The notes under the pieces are model-generated. The model did not search any database and was not told where the DNA came from. It saw only the letters and a list, made by a program, of their open reading frames with translations. DNA of 63,883 nucleotides, filler included, from Circinaria calcarea (lineage: Eukaryota): NCBI GenBank assembly GCA_051942165.1. It is 17 parts of 17 records of this genome, joined end to end, with 100 filler letters (N's around TTAATTAATTAA, not from the genome) between each part and the next. Parts side by side here need not be neighbours in the genome. Positions count along the whole stretch, not along the records: positions 11,317 to 14,985 come from JAVECS010002681.1; positions 15,086 to 18,754 come from JAVECS010002682.1; positions 18,855 to 22,521 come from JAVECS010002683.1; 14 more parts are not named here. One strand, given 5' to 3'. Of this stretch, positions 11,317-22,269 are shown in pieces. The translations under genes were made by a program, and so were the position numbers. Position 1 is the first letter of the stretch. The number at the start of each line of letters is the position of its first letter.

Positions 11317-12509
11317 GCCTGCGGGCTTGCCCATGTGATGTGCTTTTCTTCTGCCGGATCGAGCACGGGTGGCTGGCCATAGGAGTAATCGAGCTCGCCA
11401 CCGTACTTTTTGGGGATGTTGGTTGGGTCGATGAAGGTGGAGAGGGTGCGGAAGGAGTCTTGCGGGGAGAGGATGAAGATTTTGCTGGTGGTGATGGGGT
11501 CGAACCAGCGTTTTATCCAACCCCATACTGTAGGGAAAAATGAGGGTGCGCCGATGACCTTTTTCGGAAGGGTTAGTGCGTCGGGGAAAACGGGTTGCAG
11601 AGACTCTGGGGAGGGCACGTACGAATATACGATCGAGGGTCTCGGGGTAGTGAGCTGTTGCTAGTGTGCTTGCATCTTGCATATGACTTCGAAGATTCCA
11701 AAATTGTTTCAATCCCACACCGGAGATGTCGACGATGTTGTTGGATTGTGAAATGGGGGTTTCAGGATAGGGCCTCTCTTGCAATGCTGAACACAATGGC
11801 ATTATGAAGTTGGTTAGGTTCTCGTAGAGGGCGAAGAGACGTAGTAATCGGGGCGGGGTCGTGCCTTTGCTTTTTATGTGGGCGATGGAAGTGGATGCGG
11901 AGGATTTGTTGTATGCTGACATGGTTTTGGAATTTAAGGGGGCGACTTCGAAGAGGTAGACGGGTATTCCGCGCTTATCTGGTAGAATGGTTAGTTTTGC
12001 CAGGACACGCAGTGAGAGATCCTTCGGTACCTCTGCGTCCGGTCCATTGAGGATACTGTTATCACCACCAAAGTCAGGATTATAGGGTGAATAATCAGCC
12101 TTGCCACCTCATACTCACAAGTCTCCTTGTCTCCTCGTAATCTTTCACGTCGATATTCTCGTATATGGTGTCAATCTGGTTTTCCGCCCGCCACTTTTCT
12201 GTATCTGAAAACTGCTGGACTGCATCTTCAGGAACGAAACGCCGAGCTCGCAGGAATCGCCTAGCCCGAGGTAAGCACCAAGCCGCGCAACGGACAGAGA
12301 TATACCTACAGTAGTAAGCAGTCTCCATGACTTGCACGCGCGCCTGCGCTCGCTGGTTGGTATAGGCCCTTGCTCGCCAGCAATTCCTTGAAGGTTACCA
12401 GGGCATCTTCCTGTTGCTCCGTAAGGTGCCCCAGATGACCGACAGGAAATCCGTACTCGCCGGTAGCAATTATGCCGGATTCGGTCGTCCTGATCCGTTG
12501 AGCGTCCAT
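11317..12509 (-). CDS. CRAL-TRIO (Sec14-like) lipid-binding protein, multi-exon, 3'-truncated
   Basis: Exon pieces GHLGHLTEQQEDAL, RFLRARRF, YPQWTGRR, DKRGIPVYLFEV, NIVDISGVGLKQFWNL, AHYPETLDRIF and IGAPSFFPTVWGWIKRWFDPITTSKI...IPKKYGG. Confidence 0.93.
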
Positions 12510-14518
12510 GGTTGAGGTGGCTTATTACGCTTATTACTGTGTCCTGCGAACTGCGACTTTGTCCTTTATAAACGTCAAGGCCGGGAAAAGTAATCATCAG
12601 CCCTAGCACGTTGGTAATCATCACCTACCATAAGACTCATGCCGAGAAGCGCTAAATCCGATAAACCGCCTTCGGTGCTCGGATCCGTGAACAGCCCGTA
12701 TCGCCCCGCCGCTCCGGACAAGGCTCCGGTGTCACACCACGACAGTTACGGAATAAGGTAAGGCGGTCATCATCGGTAGGGATTCAATCCGAGTCTTCAG
12801 CATAACTCCTTTGTGAAATTGCAACAGGTATTCAGCTCCCCCTCGTAAACATATTCTAGCTGACCACACTGCCTACATTGGGGGTGAAGGCACATCTCCA
12901 TTCTCATATCCGCAAAGTGTTCCTGCATCATCTCTTGCTGGAGCCTTTGGGAGAATTTAGGTAACACGAGATATGACTTTCCTTAATATCGGAAGCGAAG
13001 ACTCTCTACTAAGTTTGGGGTAGCGATTGCCGCAGTGAATATCGGAGACATATCCTCTTATGACACGCTCAACGTATGCAAAGGGAACAGCTTGCCTCTA
13101 TATGCTTTTCAATGCGTCACTCAAGGTAAGTGAAGAAAGCATCCCACCACAAGGCCAATTTTCATCTGAGTATTCCCACGGAAGATCACTCCCGAATACT
13201 GGAGTTGAAACGGTAAGTCCGCTAAGAGATCGGCTTGCTTTTCTAGTACACCATTAAACCCAGCTCCCCCTTTTTGCTCTACCATCTAATCCTGTTGGAA
13301 TGTGGCGGAGAGCGCTGGATTCATGCAAAAATTTTGAGAATCAGTGTTCCATGCAGAGCATTCCTGCAGGCTGCTCCGCATCAAGTGTGCAAGCTAAAGG
13401 GTCATGACTATCATAAATAGAGCTATAAGCCCATAGCAATTCGATAGCTTCAACCCATTCAATTTCCCTTTTTCAATGCTCAGGCACAACGTGACCAGAA
13501 GCATCTCATCACTACAGCGCAAGTGGGCAAGGAATTATGGTACAATATAACTCCATCCGAGCAAAGAAATCTTAAACGAGTAACGGTATTTATTTTACCC
13601 AACAAAATACCGAAACAACTAGAACATCTATTTATCAACGGACTATATTGCATGCATATATTGTTTGCTGCGGCCTTCGAGTTGGGATGCACAGGAACTA
13701 CACTTTATACTCCGTATCTATCCTTCCAAATCCTCCAACTCTCGCTCAGAAACTTCGTCAATAAGCAATTTTGGAAATAGTAGCCTCGCAGGCAATAGAC
13801 GTTCATGAAAGAATCAGCATATCTAAACAACACCTTTTCAATTGAAGGAAGTATAGTGAGTGGATGCCAATAATATAGTGGGCGTACGGCAATACAGTGG
13901 CAATATGAACTAAAATGGAAGCGTAGAGGAACGAGTACAAGGAGTATGCAACACCAATAGCAACCGCTTTGAGGCACGAAACACGGGACTTCTGGCGCAG
14001 TTGGCCTCAACGGTAGGCCGCATTGTCGGCCTGCCAGTTGTGTTGTTCTTGACAGCCCCCTCTCCTTTCCAATCTCTTCTCAGGTGCTATACCGTTTCAA
14101 CTTGGAGAGTCTTGAAAACTCCTCTCGGACGTTCGGGCCATACTTCTTGGCCACCTTCAACGCATGCATGGTAAGCCGTTGGTTCACGAGCACTCTTCTC
14201 CCATTTGTTGAACATGGTGAAATGCTCTGTATGTGGACCCCTTATGTGCATTGCTTGACGAGATGGCGAGTTAGTGAGAGAAAGAGGGCTTTCAGGTTGC
14301 TTATAAAACTTTTTCGTAGCATAGGTAGTTACTAAGTTACACACTCGTATATAGCATAAATGCCACCACACATATTGCATGTTCAACAAGAACAAACTAA
14401 TGAGACGGTCTCAGCAAGAAAGAGCGAGTAGCATTTGTGTTTCACGAAAGCAACTCCAAGAGCACGCTCCAAGTAATGGCCACGCGAACTTTTGAAGTTC
14501 CAAAAGAGTTTTGTGACC

Positions 14519-14985
14519 CTACTTGCAATCCTGCCCAAGCTCACGCCCGTAGGGAGTGACTGCCACAGCCTTGAGTCCACCTGGCATCGTGTGTTCGTTC
14601 TGCATTTTGTACAGAGCGGGCAGGTTTTCGAATTTGTCTGTTTGGATAATTACGACTTGGAAGATGTCTTGGTTGATTGCGAGCTTACCTTTGTGGGTGA
14701 AGACGAAAGACGGGTCATACTCACCCTTGAGTGTAATGTCCAGAAGATAGGGGTGATACTGCAGAGACGTTAACAATACGGAAACCTTCGAGTATGCGGC
14801 TGGAAATGCAGTAGCGTACCTTTTGTGCAAACAATTGACCACCTCGGAGAGTGATCGTCTTCTCCATCAGCGCGCCGATTGGAAACTCATTCGTGTTAAA
14901 GAAGAAATCTCCTATCAAGGCAAGGTTGCCGCCCTTCCGAGTTGCCCTAATCGCAGCCGCAATTGTATCGGACTGATCTCCCTCG
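14519..14985 (-). CDS. Zinc-dependent medium-chain dehydrogenase (formaldehyde dehydrogenase-like), C-terminal exons only
   Basis: Spliced: AIRATRKGGNLALIGDFFFNTNEFPIGALMEKTITLRGGQLFAQK|YHPYLLDITLKGEYDPSFVFTHK|DKFENLPALYK...GGLKAVAVT, a typical MDR C-terminus. Confidence 0.8.
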
Positions 14986-15085
14986 NNNNNNNNNNNNNNN
15001 NNNNNNNNNNNNNNNNNNNNNNNNNNNNNTTAATTAATTAANNNNNNNNNNNNNNNNNNNNNNNNNNNNNNNNNNNNNNNNNNNN

Positions 15086-16697
15086 TCTCCGTTCCCAGGT
15101 CCTCGTCCTCCAAGAACCTCTTCCCCTTCAGCTTCTCCGGCAGATAGTCCTGGGCGACCTTGCCGTCCCGGTAATTCGGATTGTATTTGTATTCTTTCCC
15201 GTAGCCCATTTCCTTCATCAGCCGTGTGGGGGCATTCCTGAGGTGGATCGGGATAGGGAGACCGGCGACGCCCGGTTCATTCAGGGCCGCGGTCGCGTTT
15301 CCTAGTCCGCGGTACGCACGCGTGCTTTTCTTCGCGAGGGCCAGTGCGACGGTCGCGTGGGCGAGGTTGATGCGTGCTTCGGGCATGCCTATCTTCTCGG
15401 CGGCGGTGTGCGCGGCTGTGGCTAGGGAGAGCATGGTGTTGTCTGCGAGACCGACATCCTCAGATGCGATGACGACGAGACGTCGGGCGATGTATAGAGG
15501 GTCTTCTCCTGACTGTATCATCCGCGCGAGGTAGTAGAGCGCTGCATCGGGGTCCGACCCACGTATTGATTTGTGGAAGGCCGAGATTGTGTCGTAGTGC
15601 TGGTCGCCGGCGCGGTCGTAGACCAAGGTCTTCGTCAGGGCAGATTTGATGCTCTCCTTGGTCGTCGCTGGTCTTTTCGAGAGATCCATGGCAAGCTCCA
15701 GTAGGTTTAAAGCCGTGCGTGCGTCACCGTCGGCAAAGGCCGCAAGGTAGTCGATCAGCTCGTCATCGACCAATGCCGAAGGGTCGTAGTTGGAGCGTTC
15801 TATCTCTAGGGCATGCTTGAGGATGTGGGAGATGTCCCTGTCTGTCAGTTTCTGCAGAACGAAGGTTCGGCATCGGGACAGCAAAGCGGTCTGAACCTTG
15901 AAGGATGGATTCTCGGTCGTGGCACCTATGAGCGTTATTTGACCGCTTTCCACGGGGCCCAGGAATACATCCTGTTGCGATTTCGAGAACCTATGAATCT
16001 CATCACAGAAGAGAATTGTCTTCCTGCCCGTAAGAGCGAGGTCGCTTCGAGCTTCCGCAAATATCTTCTTCACGTCCCCGACGCCTGAGGAGGTCGAGTT
16101 GATTTCCAAAAACCGGGAACCCACCATGTTTGCGACGACTCTTGCTATTGTAGTTTTGCCCGTACCTGCACCGCCCCATAGAATCATTGAAGGGACCCGG
16201 TCTGTCTCGATAAGGCCCCGGAGGACCCCGTCAGGGCCAACGAGTTCTTGCCCGTAGATTTCATCGAGGGTGCGTGGTCGCATACGTTCTGCTAGGGGTG
16301 CAACCTTCTGGAAGGCACTGATGGACTTGAGACGTTTTGCTGGAGGCTCCGCCTCATTGCCTGCCTCTGCTTCGTCCACTTGTAGTGACACAGCATCTTG
16401 GGCATCAGAAGGGCGTTTGCTGCTCAAAACAGAACCTGTCTTCAGCCGCGGGCCGTTAAGTTCAGGGGGAGTAGGAGCAGATCGCTCGGTAATCGGAGTG
16501 ACAGGACCAAGTTGTCTCTTGGACGAGGACGTTTTGAAGAAGCTGGCAACAGGTGCAGCATTTTGGTGACTGCCACTCTGCGCATTGGTGGACGGGGGTG
16601 TCTCGGAGGCTTCGAGTAGTATTTTGCAATCGGCATCGATGTGGCCGTTGATGTTGGATTCCTTTACAGTTTTGCCGCAGATTGGGCAGTCGACCAT
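15086..16697 (-). CDS. MGS1: Mgs1/WRNIP1/RarA DNA-dependent AAA+ ATPase (extreme 3' end missing)
   Basis: N-terminal UBZ finger CPIC...H...C, PLAERMRP, Walker A GGAGTGKTT, Walker B LFCDEIHRF, ISAFHKSIRGSD, ASEDVGLAD and HLRNAPT. Confidence 0.97.
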
Positions 16698-16919
16698 TGC
16701 AACCGGTTTCTTGTCATCGCGAAATGAGGTCCAAATCCCCCTCTGGGCTACATAATGTTTAGATAACTGCAGGGGGGATTCGCGAGGCCGACGAGGACGC
16801 CGAAAGGATTTGACGCGAGATTCCTTTGAGATTTCGTCACGAGCTTAGGTCGGGCTGTAATATGCGATGTCGGTCTTAGTCAATGTCTACGGTGTGTTAT
16901 CGGAGGTTTCCTGTTACTC
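16698..16919. promoter_or_regulatory. Short divergent promoter between MGS1 and the aminotransferase gene, with CGCG-core motifs
   Basis: 222-bp head-to-head gap containing TCGCGAAA (16717), TTCGCGAG (about 16779) and ACGCGA (16813), resembling MCB/SCB elements. Confidence 0.5.
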
Positions 16920-18752
16920 ATGAGTGCATCTTCAGTCATCAGGAAAGTACTTTCCGTACAAAAGCACCTTCCACGGATCTCTCAGTTTTCACATAGACCA
17001 TCCCACTACCCTTCACTCTCCTTCACAACGAGAGATATACCAATTTCAGCCATGTCATCGACGGCAGTGAAAAAGGATCCCTTCCGTCCGGCCAAGCGAG
17101 TGGCAGGGCAGAAGCAGGATGTGTGGCAAGTATACTTCATCCTACCTCCGAAGTGCTGGCTAATTGGTCCATCAGGACAGTTGTCAACGAAGCCGCTGAG
17201 GCGTCTCCTGTCCAGCCATTAATCAACATGGGCCAGGGTTTCTTGTGAGTATGCTGCCCGTCAGGTCGCATATAACTTCACAAAGGCTTAACTGATTAGT
17301 GGATACAACCCCCCTAAATTTGTCACCGATGCAGCCAAGGCAGCCCTGGATAGGGTAGATTGTAACCAATACTCGCCTACGACTGTAGGAATGACCTTGT
17401 TCAGAAGCCATTGAGTACGAACTAACGCAGAACTGTAGGGACGTCCAAGACTGAAGAAAGCACTTGCGGATGCTTACTCCCCTTTCTTCGGCAGAACTAT
17501 CAATCCTGTCACAGAGGTTACAATTACCACTGGCGCAAATGAGGGACTGCTCAGTGCCTTCATGGGATTTATTGAACCTGATGACGAGGTCATTGTCTTC
17601 GAACCCTTCTTTGACCAGTATTCTACCCTGAACTAAACGCTCGATGTAGGCTTACTGAGGGGATAGGTATATAAGTAACATTGCAATGGCAGGCGGGATT
17701 GTCCGATACGTCCCACTACAGCCCCCAAGGCACGGCGCCGAAAGAACCTCGTCGGCCGCGGATTGGACCATTGACTTTACAGAGCTGGAAAAGGCTATGA
17801 CTCCGAAGACCAGAATGATTGTATGTCATTCCTTTCTAGCCATTAGCTTCAAATCAGCTAACTTCGTCCTAAAGGTCCTGAATTCACCGTGAGGCTATCA
17901 GACCTGCAGGCTTGCAATCAAAGTAACAGAAAAGCAGGCACAACCCAGTAGGAAAGGTCTTCTCCAGAGACGAGCTGCAAATGATTGGGGATCTTTGTGT
18001 AAAAAATAATATCATTATTGTTTCAGACGAGGTATGTCACTACTAGAAACTTACTGTGCGATTACCTAATGGCTTTTCAGGTCTACGATCGACTATATTA
18101 TGTCCCTTTTACCCGCATCGCTACGCTCTCTCCCGAGATTGCGAGACTCACTCTGACTGTTGGTTCTGCTGGCAAAAACTTTTATGCAACTGGATGGAGG
18201 GTCGGCTGGCTTATTGGTCCTGAGCATCTCATCAAATATGTCGCTGCTGCCCACACTCGGATATGCTTCAGCAGTGTTAGTCCCTTGCAAGAAGCTGCCG
18301 CTGTCGGCTTCGAACAAGCTGATGAAGTTGGTTTCTGGGAGGAAAGTAAGAAAGAGATGAAGGGCAAGATGACCAGGTTCAATGAGGTTTTTGACGAGTT
18401 GGGCCTACCGGTATGATCCGAACGATTGCTTGCCGAGAATTGACTGACCATGATGCAGTATTCTGAACCGGAAGGTGGATACTTTGTTCTTGTCAACATG
18501 AGCAAGGTCCAACTACCGAAGGACTACAAGTTCCCACCACATGTGGCTAGTCGACCTCGGGATTTCAAGCTGAGTTGGTTCCTTATCATGGAGCTTGGCG
18601 TGGCCGCAATCCCACCGACGGAGTTCTATACCGACGAGAATGCTCACCTAGCAGAAAACTATTTGCGGTTTGCTTTCTGCAAGAACGACGATGTTCTGGA
18701 GCAAGCCAAGGATAGGCTGCGAGGCTTGAAGAAGTACATGAGCACCAGCTGA
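16920..18752 (+). CDS. BNA3: Kynurenine/glutamine aminotransferase (class I PLP enzyme), multi-exon
   Basis: QDVW|TVVNEAA...INMGQGF, ITTGANEG, EPFFDQY, VLNSP|HNPVGK, SDEVYD, PLP-lysine motif SAGKNFYATGWRVGW and YLRFAFCK. Confidence 0.92.
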
Positions 18753-19995
18753 TGNNNNNNNNNNNNNNNNNNNNNNNNNNNNNNNNNNNNNNNNNNNNTT
18801 AATTAATTAANNNNNNNNNNNNNNNNNNNNNNNNNNNNNNNNNNNNNNNNNNNNCATATTTTGCGCACGAGGAGCAAAGATAACCGAAACGCGTAAAGGC
18901 GCTTATGTATGGATAGATAACCCCGCCACATGAAATTTCCGTAGTCTAACAGACCCTATTGAGTATCGCATATCCCTTCAATGCTTGACCCTTCGATCTC
19001 ACGAGCGATACTTTCTTTCTTCCTTCCTTTTGAGACTCGAAACCCCAGATTCGGTAAGTTGTTACCTAAGAAAGAGCAATATTTGTTTCGTTATATGGTA
19101 TCCGAGGGCTTTTCTAGTGGCCCATGATTCGCTATGATGAGTGCTGATATCACCGACAAAACGATATCCATATCAAAGATATGACCGCATGCTGAGCTCA
19201 AACACCGTAAGCTTAGGATTGAGTTCCTTCCGCTCGTTTTTTTTCCCGAGTTGGCTGGATGGCGCTTACAGCGCGGGCTCTGGGGGATAGCGTTGCTGCG
19301 CGGGTGAAGATGACAGGCAGTTTCTTTCCCTTCTCCGCCAAGGATGGGGGAGTTGATTTCAGTAGCGTGAGATCACGTGAGCAAGGGGGCCGAACTCGAT
19401 CTACCCAGGTTATCGTAATGCTCCCTAGCATGAGCCTGTGGGTGATTGCTAGAAGCTGGACCATGAAGTTCTTATCCTCCGCCTCGATTGAAGTCGTAAA
19501 TTTGTCCAATTTTGGAGGCCCCCTTCGTCATCTGTAAAGCCAGCAGCGGGAGAACTATGCGGGGCCAGGTAAACGCTTGAGATATCATGTCTGGCGATAA
19601 TAATACTCAAGTACGCGCGCGTAGGTTCTCCAATCTCATAATGATCATCTGGTTAGGAACTGGAAGCTTGGGTATCTATATAACCAAACATCCTTTTCGG
19701 GACTCCAACGGATGTTGTCTATGAGGAAGATATGACGTGCGATGCACAGAGTAGCTGTAGTACGCAATAGAAATCCTGACCATCATAATCCTCTAGATAG
19801 GCGAGAAAAAAATGTCGATGTACTACCAAAACATAAGTAATGCATGAGATTGGGTACCTATGCTCGGGTCGGGAACCTAGAGGTTTTAGTGTGGACCATG
19901 GACTAGTTGGAGCAGGCGGAGTGGTGATGTTGCGAGTACAAACCCTACCCGACGCAAAAATCTCCTATCAGGATAAGGTAGCCTATATGCCCAAA

Positions 19996-20949
19996 TCACT
20001 CCACCTTAGCTTCGATTTCCGCATTCACCTTGGACTGCTTGGCCAACTTCTCCAAAATAAACCTTGCCAGCACCTCAGGCATCAGATCCATAGAGAACAT
20101 CTGCAACGCATGCGGCAGATATGCCGTCACGACATCCCTTCCACACCCGACCCTCTCTAACGCCGCCTTCGCCATAACCCTCGCCGGCGGTGTGAAAGGG
20201 CCCATGGTGACGTCAGAAGTCCTTCCCTCTGTTAGAACGCTTCCCACTACGATCCCCAAGAGTTCGATGTCGTGGCCTTCCGCTCTCATATCGGCTGCCA
20301 GACTGCTGTTGAAGTTCACGTTGTAATCTTTAGCAGCGGAGTAGACGCTAATGTATGGGACGCTTAATCTTGCGACTACGGATCCGATGTTAAGAATCAG
20401 ACTTGGTTGGTTCTTTTGCAGGACTGGTAAGAGAGCCCGCGTGATTTGCGTCGCGAAGCCGGCGTTGACTTTGATGGTCTCATCGACTTCCTGCGCTGTG
20501 TACGCCGCGAGGGTCTTAAAGGGAGGAGGTGCCATTCCCGTAATGCCTCCAATATTATTGATCAGGACAGTCAGCTGGAGGTCTCGGAGACTGGAGACAA
20601 TGTCCTCAATCGACGATGCTACTTTGCTTCGAACGGCATCTGCAATGGCGATACGGATAGAACGGTCTGGGAATTGGCGTTGTAGCTCTGCTTGAAGTCG
20701 TTCCAGCTTGGTACGGTTGCGGCCGTGAAGGATGACATTGAAGCCGTGACTGCAAAGCTCCTGGGCGAACCCAAAGCCGATGCCGCTGCTGGCGCCTGTT
20801 ATGAGAGCCCAGGAACTAGGCCGGCGGAGGTAACGAGGCAGCGAGGACGGGCGGATGAAGAGGTAGATGAATTGAAAGAACCGGAGAAAATAGCAACATG
20901 TTGTCAAGATACCCAAACACTGAAGCGACTTTTCGAGCATCATTACCAT
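19996..20949 (-). CDS. Short-chain dehydrogenase/reductase (17beta-HSD/3-ketoacyl-CoA reductase-like)
   Basis: N-terminal hydrophobic segment, WALITGASSGIG, LINNIG and catalytic YSAAK. Single exon. Confidence 0.92.
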   Translation of the reverse strand: MVMMLEKSLQCLGILTTCCYFLRFFQFIYLFIRPSSLPRYLRRPSSWALITGASSGIGFGFAQELCSHGFNVILHGRNRTKLERLQAELQRQFPDRSIRIAIADAVRSKVASSIEDIVSSLRDLQLTVLINNIGGITGMAPPPFKTLAAYTAQEVDETIKVNAGFATQITRALLPVLQKNQPSLILNIGSVVARLSVPYISVYSAAKDYNVNFNSSLAADMRAEGHDIELLGIVVGSVLTEGRTSDVTMGPFTPPARVMAKAALERVGCGRDVVTAYLPHALQMFSMDLMPEVLARFILEKLAKQSKVNAEIEAKVE

Positions 20950-21220
20950 AGGTGTATGGATAGTACAGGGGAATCAAAAAGAAGATATGCTAGATATACT
21001 GCATATATGTATAGATTTAGCAATAAGAAATGAATGGTTCAAATCTCTACCAAGACTGTGAACAAGAGCCGTAAAACAAAGAGCGTGCTGCAGACATACC
21101 AGTAGCTGTAGTATATTAGGGATGAAGAAATGGCTAGCAAGTACTTTCTTCAAATGCTGCTTTACTATCCGCGGAAGCGGCTTAACTGGTCGCAGAGTCC
21201 ACTTTCGTCCCAGATCTTAC

Positions 21221-21400
21221 ACGCCTGCTGAGCATATCACGCCTGCTGAGCATACCACGAAAGTGCAACATACCAAGCTCGCTGAGCATATCCTGATTGC
21301 TGATTATATCAAGCTTGATAAGCATACCACAATTATTATGTGTATTACACTTACTTCATACGTTATTTTCGCTATATCCGCTAGCCTTGGTTAGCATGCT
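21221..21400 (+). repeat. Degenerate 18-bp tandem repeat (about 10 units)
   Basis: ACGCCTGCTGAGCATATC / ACGCCTGCTGAGCATACC / ACGAAAGTGCAACATACC / AAGCTCGCTGAGCATATC / CTGATTGCTGATTATATC / AAGCTTGATAAGCATACC, and the register still holds at 21383-21400. Confidence 0.75.
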
Positions 21401-22064
21401 AAGCAAACAGGAAGCATACAGAAACGGCAATACGTCTTCAAAGTAATAGCAGACTCACATCTTATTAGCGACGTTTCTCCGCACGCTTTCTCTACACGCG
21501 ATCTAATCACAACATTGGCTTACTTTGGCTACCTTTGGAAAAGCCCATTTTCAAGCCGAGCCCGGAACGTTCTCCGCATTACATCATAATTCGAAACCAC
21601 GTTCGAACATGTCGCAGCTCCTCTCCCCACCATTGTCCGATGAGAGCGGGTTGTATTGAGCTTGTTGGCGCAAGTGGTAGAGAGATATGAATTTGAGAGG
21701 TTGGAAGGGTTTGAGAGGGCTAGAGGTTTAAGAAGGTTAGAGGTTAGAAGTTTAAGAGGGTCGTGACGGTTGGGCTGGCGGAGAAGAGAGGGACTTTATG
21801 ATCAGCATAATCAGTCCCTAAGACGGTTCTAGTGTTCTTCCATCACATATTTATTCCATTAACTTCGCCGCCTGCAAGCTCATCCCCTATATTCTTAGAG
21901 AAAGGAGGAGCATTACAGGGACGGCACTACGTCTTCAACGGTCTGCACGGTATCCCTTAAAGTGTTGCTTAGGCAGCCCGAACCGTGCACGGTACAGGGA
22001 GTCTCGAGCACTAACAAAATATTAATTCGGGCCAATCAGCTGAGAATAATGGCTCATTTACATA

Positions 22065-22269
22065 CTATGGTCGCAGCCATAATAGATGTTAGCGCGAGCT
22101 TTGACCAGTCCTGGTATCCAACAAAGGCTTTATAAATTCTTAGAGAAAAGAAGTGTAATATGGAGGGGATTTTCCGGTGCATATTCCCAGCTTTCTCAAA
22201 CTGTCGTGTGCGCCTTCTACGAGTATTGTAAGAAAACCGCGCTAACATCTATTTTGCCTGCGACCATAG
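22065..22269. mobile_element. MITE (non-autonomous Tc1/mariner-type), 205 bp
   Basis: 32-bp terminal inverted repeats CTATGGTCGCAGCCATAATAGATGTTAGCGCG (22065-22096) and 22238-22269 with 2 mismatches, flanked by TA on both sides. Confidence 0.85.
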
